Position numbers and translations under genes: made by a program
Source: Candidatus Poseidoniaceae archaeon
GTDB lineage: Archaea > Thermoplasmatota > Poseidoniia > Poseidoniales > Poseidoniaceae
Assembly: GCA_030747695.1 (NCBI GenBank)
Contig: JASLKG010000004.1
Coordinates: 73,184-137,183, forward strand
Reading direction: 5' to 3'
Length of the DNA stretch: 64,000 nucleotides
The notes under the pieces: model-generated
Told to the model about the DNA's origin: nothing
Databases searched by the model: none
Seen by the model: the letters and a program-made list of their open reading frames with translations, nothing else
In this document: positions 59,242-64,000 of the stretch, piece after piece
How the letters are laid out: every line of letters starts with the position of its first letter
How positions within the stretch are numbered: the stretch's first letter is position 1

Positions 59242-59627
59242 TGGAAAATGAAGATTGGTCCAAACTAATTCCTATCCGCATCCCAGTCGACTGGGAGTAC
59301 ATAGACGAACCTGGTATTTATCCTGATATTGAGGGTGTTACTGGTAGAAATGTAGTATTATTAATCGAAAAGAAATTTACAAAATTTGAACGTTTGTTAG
59401 CAAAAGTTCTCAGGGCACCCAAAATAGTTCGCCGAACTATGCATCACACACAATCAATGCTCTGGGAACTAATTGATGGAAATAGAAATTTTGAAGAAAT
59501 CTGCACAATTATGGAATCATTATATCATGAAGATATTTCACCAGTTGATGAGAGAGTTAAAGCATATCTGGAGATATTTATCAATCTTCGAGTTGTAAAA
59601 GTTTTCAAGACTAAGGAAGTAGTTTAG
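59241..59627 (+). CDS. PqqD-family (RRE-like) protein
   Basis: SMLWELIDGNRNFEEICTIMESLYHEDISPVDERVKAYLEIFINLRVV matches the PqqD winged-helix pattern. Confidence 0.65.
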   Translation: MENEDWSKLIPIRIPVDWEYIDEPGIYPDIEGVTGRNVVLLIEKKFTKFERLLAKVLRAPKIVRRTMHHTQSMLWELIDGNRNFEEICTIMESLYHEDISPVDERVKAYLEIFINLRVVKVFKTKEVV

Positions 59628-59934
59628 TTATCAAATCTGGCGGTCTGCCAATTACTGCTTCGTGATTACTTACCAATATTGGACGTTGAAGTAATTTTGG
59701 TGTACTAAGTAATAATTTTGCAACTATTTTAGCATCAGCGAGATCATCTTTCGAATTTTGAAATTCCTTTTCGTTTGTTCTGACAACATTCGGGAGATTG
59801 GATAGAATACCAATATCTTCTTTCGAAATACCTACCTCTAGATAGCGATAATCCTCAAATTCAATACCTCTAGCAGTTAAAATAGCATGCGCTTGACGAG
59901 ATTTTGAGCATCTGGGGTTATGATAGAGACGCAT
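59611..59934 (-). CDS. ArsC/Spx-family thioredoxin-fold protein (arsenate reductase-like, YffB type)
   Basis: MRLYHNPRCSKSRQA ... LLQRPIL. Confidence 0.8.
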   Translation of the reverse strand: MRLYHNPRCSKSRQAHAILTARGIEFEDYRYLEVGISKEDIGILSNLPNVVRTNEKEFQNSKDDLADAKIVAKLLLSTPKLLQRPILVSNHEAVIGRPPDLITKLLP

Positions 59935-59960
59935 ATTATGTTCCACCTGAGAGGAGTTAA

Positions 59961-60617
59961 TCACAATGGCGCCCAAACCAAACGAAAACCAATACTATCA
60001 CTACGTCTATCAACATTTACGCGGGTAAATGCGGAGGATGTTGTTGATTCGGACTCCATTAACCACGAACCACCTTTTGTCACTCGTTTCAAGCCATCAC
60101 TGCATGAAGTCCATTCGGAAACATTTCCGTGCATATCAAAAAATCCCCAGGGATTTGCCTTTTTTTGACCAACTTCTCGAGTAGTTGCACCTGAATTGCC
60201 GGCATGCCATCCAACCTCGTCTAAATCGGAATCTTTGTCACTATGAAACCAGCGTAATTTAGTTCCTGCACGACAAGTATATTCCCACTCAGCCGAAGTG
60301 GGAAGGCGCCACCTACCAGATAATCCAAGTCGTAATTTATCCTCATTTTCATTAAGTTTTGAAATGTAATCCTGTACTTCAAGCCAGCTTACTTTCTCTA
60401 CCGGGCGTAATCCAGCAGACCAACCATCCTGAAACCTAGAAGGATTCTCTCCCATCACTGAAGTCCATTCAACTTGAGTCACTGGACGAGCACCCATAAA
60501 AATGGGTTTTATTACCTCCAGTACAGCATTTTCGACTTCTAATTTTCCTGGCTCGATTAGAATAAAACTCCCTCCAAAGTCGTTAGTAAAAGTAGGACGC
60601 ACATGATGACGACCCAA
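59961..60617 (-). CDS. Formylglycine-generating enzyme (FGE/SUMF1) domain protein
   Basis: PVTQVEWTSVMG, RLPTSAEWEYTCRAG, ANPWGFFDMHGNVSEW and KGGSW motifs. Confidence 0.85.
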   Translation of the reverse strand: MGRHHVRPTFTNDFGGSFILIEPGKLEVENAVLEVIKPIFMGARPVTQVEWTSVMGENPSRFQDGWSAGLRPVEKVSWLEVQDYISKLNENEDKLRLGLSGRWRLPTSAEWEYTCRAGTKLRWFHSDKDSDLDEVGWHAGNSGATTREVGQKKANPWGFFDMHGNVSEWTSCSDGLKRVTKGGSWLMESESTTSSAFTRVNVDRRSDSIGFRLVWAPL

Positions 60618-60667
60618 TAGGGTCGTATCAATTCGCCGGAACCATGTGCAGGTAATGCTTATCCCGT

Positions 60668-62899
60668 ATGTTATTGCCAGCCCACATGGTGACAGCCATG
60701 TCTGAGGGCGAAGGGAAGAATTCGATTGAAGGGGCTATTGATACTGCAGCTGAGATAACTGATGCCATGATGTCCTCAATGGCAGAAGTCGTAAGAGGTG
60801 TTGTTTCTTCGGCAAAGGTTGAAAATCAAAGTAACAATATTGCTGATAATGCTGGTAACCAAGAGCAACAGACTGTTGTTGATGTTAATGCGATGGTAAC
60901 TGAGGGTGAAGCAGCTCATCGCTCTGGCGATCATGAAGGGGCTCTTATTTTATTTAACAAATCAATTGCACTTGACCCATCAAATGCAATGGCATGGTTC
61001 AACAGAGGAGTTCTGCTAGAAGCTCAACAAGACTCCAAGGGTGCTCGCCAGTCATTTGTTATTTGCCTTGACCTAGATCCTAATCACGGGCCTGCTCTTG
61101 CAAATCTAGCAGTACTTTTGGATCGCATTGGCGAAAATGATGGGGCGGCTGAAATTGCTGACAAGGCCTTGAATCATTACCCTGGACATCCATCTCTCAT
61201 GAATATATTAAATTCAGCAACTGCCGCTGGTGGTGTCATACCAAGTACGCCAAAAGTTATGCCGCATTCAAATGATTCAGTTGTAGATGCGACAATACAT
61301 CATGCGGGCACTGAAATCACTGCAGAAAATATAGTTACAACTGTGCAAGTTGTTGAAGATACTAATACCTCACCAATCGAGAGTCCTGAATTAGTTATGG
61401 TCGACAATCAATCTGATATCCTATCTCATCAACCTGTAGTTGATGTTGTAGAAAGGCCAATTGTCGCCGTCCTAGAACCTGAAGAAGTAAATCTTGACAA
61501 CTTGTGTGATGAAGCAATGAGCAAACTCACTGCTGGTGATGCTAAAGGTGCTCTGACAATTCTAAAAGAGCATTTGCATGGTAGCGCTGCTGAGCACTTC
61601 AATTCTTGGAAAATTTCGGCAGGAGCAATGGCCTCTTTGGGTCTAGATGATCATGCAATTGAAGCATATAATCATGCTATCGGGTTAAATGATGATGATG
61701 CAAAATGTTTCTTTAATCTTGGGGCATTGCATCAAAGAAAAGAAAATCTAGAAGCCGCATTAATGTGTTTTAGAAGTGCAGTTGAAAGAGATGGAACCTA
61801 TACTAAAGCCACAGAAAGAATAGCCGAAATAGCGGAACAAGTTGGCGATGTTGAAAGCCTATTACATGCTAGAAGATTACTTGCTAATACTAGCGATGAT
61901 GGGGCAATAGTACTAGCAACATTACTGGTAGAACTAGCAGAAGGTGAAGCAGAAATTCTTGCAAACCTTGCAGGATTACCTCCTACAATTCCTGCAGGGC
62001 CAGAGTTAGCCGGTGAGGCTTTGAACCATTTGACGTCAAATTCTAAACTTAGAGGGAGAGCGCTTTCAGCATGTGGTCAACATACTGAAGCAGTACTCTG
62101 TTGGAAATCAATTATAGAAACTGATAAATTAAATCCAACACTTTGGAGAGGGCTAGCAAAAGCACTTGAAGCAGCTGGTGACATGACCACAGCACAAAGG
62201 TGTCACGAAAAGGCACAAAACTTAGAAAATCCTCAACCGTCATTAGAATCAACAAATCTTGCTGCTAATATTTTGGCTGAAGAACAGACCCCTGTTCAAC
62301 CAGAAATACAAATGCAAACGGAACAAATAACTGAACCAGTTTTACGACAAGAATTACCTGATTTAACACCTAGGCCTGAAGTTCAAATCGCTGAGCAACA
62401 AACAAATGTACAGGTTGACTTAGCTGCAGCTGCGTTGGAAGCATCAGCAAAAATTGATGAGCAGTTGCCAATGAATGCAAATTCAAATGCAATTGCAAAT
62501 CAGGACATTGAGTGGTATAACAAGGGCGTAGGATTGATTGAAGACAAAAAATATCGCGAAGCGTTATCATGCTTTGATCGTGCTTTGCCTTCATTTGCTG
62601 ACAATGATGAAATGATTATTAGAATACTAAATGGTAGAGGTAATGCTCTTTACTATCTCGAAGATTATCCCAAGTGTGTGGAATCATATCATAACGCCAT
62701 GGTAATCAACCCCAGTGGCGTTCAGGGAAAAACACTCTACAACATGGGAACTGCTTATGCAGAAATGCAAAGATTTGGAGATGCTGTGAAATGCTTTGAG
62801 CAATCCGTTCCACGTGGCCTTGACGATGAACAGCAGAAATTGGCAAAAGAACAAATCCGTCGATGCAACATTCTATTGAAGGAACAACAAAAGAAATAA
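60668..62899 (+). CDS. Large TPR-repeat protein
   Basis: Multiple 34-aa TPR units (AWFNRGVLLEAQQDSKGARQSFVICLDLDPNH and others), separated by low-complexity linkers. Confidence 0.8.
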   Translation: MLLPAHMVTAMSEGEGKNSIEGAIDTAAEITDAMMSSMAEVVRGVVSSAKVENQSNNIADNAGNQEQQTVVDVNAMVTEGEAAHRSGDHEGALILFNKSIALDPSNAMAWFNRGVLLEAQQDSKGARQSFVICLDLDPNHGPALANLAVLLDRIGENDGAAEIADKALNHYPGHPSLMNILNSATAAGGVIPSTPKVMPHSNDSVVDATIHHAGTEITAENIVTTVQVVEDTNTSPIESPELVMVDNQSDILSHQPVVDVVERPIVAVLEPEEVNLDNLCDEAMSKLTAGDAKGALTILKEHLHGSAAEHFNSWKISAGAMASLGLDDHAIEAYNHAIGLNDDDAKCFFNLGALHQRKENLEAALMCFRSAVERDGTYTKATERIAEIAEQVGDVESLLHARRLLANTSDDGAIVLATLLVELAEGEAEILANLAGLPPTIPAGPELAGEALNHLTSNSKLRGRALSACGQHTEAVLCWKSIIETDKLNPTLWRGLAKALEAAGDMTTAQRCHEKAQNLENPQPSLESTNLAANILAEEQTPVQPEIQMQTEQITEPVLRQELPDLTPRPEVQIAEQQTNVQVDLAAAALEASAKIDEQLPMNANSNAIANQDIEWYNKGVGLIEDKKYREALSCFDRALPSFADNDEMIIRILNGRGNALYYLEDYPKCVESYHNAMVINPSGVQGKTLYNMGTAYAEMQRFGDAVKCFEQSVPRGLDDEQQKLAKEQIRRCNILLKEQQKK

Positions 62900-62936
62900 A
62901 ATTGGACATTGAGTTGGAATCAATGCACATATTGAT

Positions 62937-63341
62937 ATGTGTCCGGTGAGTCCAAAGCACATGGACTGTAATACCTGTGACTCAACTGGCGCAGTATTGG
63001 TACACACTCCCGAGGTGGTTGAGGTATCCTTAACTATAACTTTACAAGCAAAAGAAATGCTTGAAAACGCATTTGGTGATGATAGATCACATGCCCTACT
63101 TGTAGGTGTCTTATCAGGTGGCTGCTCAGGGTACATGTATGATTTACAAATTGTAGAATCAACTGAACAAGATTGTCAGGAACTTATTATTGAAGGATTT
63201 CGAGTTTTGGTTCCAAATGCTACATCACATTTACTCGATGGAATTGAAATCGATTATGTTGACCGTCTGATGGGTGGCGGTTTCAAAATCAACAATCCAA
63301 ATGCTAGCAGTGCATGTGGCTGTGGCGAATCCTTTGCTTGA
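62937..63341 (+). CDS. HesB/IscA-family iron-sulfur cluster insertion protein with an N-terminal Cys-containing extension
   Basis: GGCSGYMY and the C-terminal NPNASSACGCGESF signature. The N-terminal 25-30 aa (CPVSPKHMDCNTC) are extra, and the start is uncertain. Confidence 0.85.
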   Translation: MCPVSPKHMDCNTCDSTGAVLVHTPEVVEVSLTITLQAKEMLENAFGDDRSHALLVGVLSGGCSGYMYDLQIVESTEQDCQELIIEGFRVLVPNATSHLLDGIEIDYVDRLMGGGFKINNPNASSACGCGESFA

Positions 63342-63350
63342 GGCTTTGAT

Positions 63351-64000
63351 ATGGGCGTTTTTGCCCTTGATAGTTATGTTCTAATTCTTAGAGGAAATGA
63401 TGTTTTACAATTCATAAATGGCCTTTCTACAAATAAGGTAAATGGCACGTGTACAACTGTATTTACAACTATCAAGGCAAAAATAATAGATATGTGTGAT
63501 GTAATTGTAATGGATGATTTCGTTGCACTTATTGGACATAACCCGTACAAGGAATCGCTACTTTCCCATTTGAAAACACGCATCTTAGACTCCGATGTTA
63601 GCATAGGGGATGCAAGTTTTAGTAACGAAGTTTTTCTTTCTACAGCCGATATAGAGGTCAATGAGGGTGTTACAAAGGCCAATACTTTCAGAGGATTTCT
63701 GATAATATCTCCAATAGGAAAAGGACCTGAAGTAACTATGACTGAAGAGCAATTTTCTAACTACAGAGTAGATAATATGATCCCACATCATGGCCATGAA
63801 ATAACTCCTGAATTCAACCCTCTAGATTGTGGGCTGGGACATCTTGTTCATGACAACAAGGGGTGTTATATTGGCCAAGAAATTATTGCTAGGATGCGTT
63901 CTAGAAATAAACAACTAAAACAGTTTGTAAGAGTTTCAACACATGGAGAAGATAAACCTACAACTGTCGGTGAGAACTACTGTTTAACAATAAAGAGGAT
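63351..64000 (+). CDS. YgfZ/CAF17-type folate-binding protein (GcvT-like), 3' end truncated by the window
   Basis: The frame is open from ATG 63351 to the window end. It contains the KGCYIGQE signature. It is absent from the ORF track because it has no stop. Confidence 0.75.
   Translation, partial: MGVFALDSYVLILRGNDVLQFINGLSTNKVNGTCTTVFTTIKAKIIDMCDVIVMDDFVALIGHNPYKESLLSHLKTRILDSDVSIGDASFSNEVFLSTADIEVNEGVTKANTFRGFLIISPIGKGPEVTMTEEQFSNYRVDNMIPHHGHEITPEFNPLDCGLGHLVHDNKGCYIGQEIIARMRSRNKQLKQFVRVSTHGEDKPTTVGENYCLTIKR

Overview
The window is a very gene-dense (roughly 95% coding), low-GC, co-linear chromosomal segment of an archaeon. Hallmark archaeal genes are PAN, PriS, Kae1, aMBF1, Tsr3, a split transketolase and r-proteins eS19, eL39, eL31 and eS17. 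The acidic proteome, giant surface proteins and peptide/amino-acid catabolism suggest an uncultured marine planktonic euryarchaeon (MGII/III-like Thermoplasmatota). That taxonomic call is inference only.

Many neighbouring genes overlap by 1-8 nt (ATGA or TAATG junctions). Operon-internal starts carry GGAGG-like motifs, and convergent genes abut or overlap.

Recognisable content:
- Housekeeping: SRP54, ProRS, MetRS, non-oxidative pentose-phosphate genes.
- Transport: OPT peptide transporter, P-type ATPase, CNNM/CBS, MFS, ABC-2 exporter.
- Futalosine-pathway genes (mqnA, an mqnE/C-type radical SAM, an mqnD-like gene).
- A dispersed histidine-degradation pathway: hutU-hutH, hutI, and split formiminotransferase plus cyclodeaminase.
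- Methylmalonyl-CoA mutase plus epimerase.
- A preQ0 operon (folE-queE-queC-queD).
- An FdhD/YdeP/MFS operon.
- One tRNA-Val(GAC).

I found no CRISPR array, rRNA, transposase, integrase or defence system.

I recovered four ORFs that fall below the ORF-track cutoff:
- eL39 (51 aa)
- a ribbon-helix-helix protein (58 aa) heading the que operon
- a DUF5679-like zinc-ribbon protein (50 aa) beside the tRNA
- a 59-aa two-TM protein coupled to a PqqD-like gene

I also recovered a YgfZ-type gene that runs off the 3' end of the window.

Most notable observations:
- A half-length homologue of eukaryotic deoxyhypusine hydroxylase, translationally chained to a small zinc-finger ORF and PriS.
- A QueC lacking its zinc cysteines and fused to an intact MsrB domain.
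- A membrane protein with two zinc ribbons, three EF-hands, a 27-nt acidic tandem repeat and about 32 consecutive Asp codons.
- A polyproline (FH1-like) acidic protein.

All family assignments come from motif recognition by eye. No database search was run.
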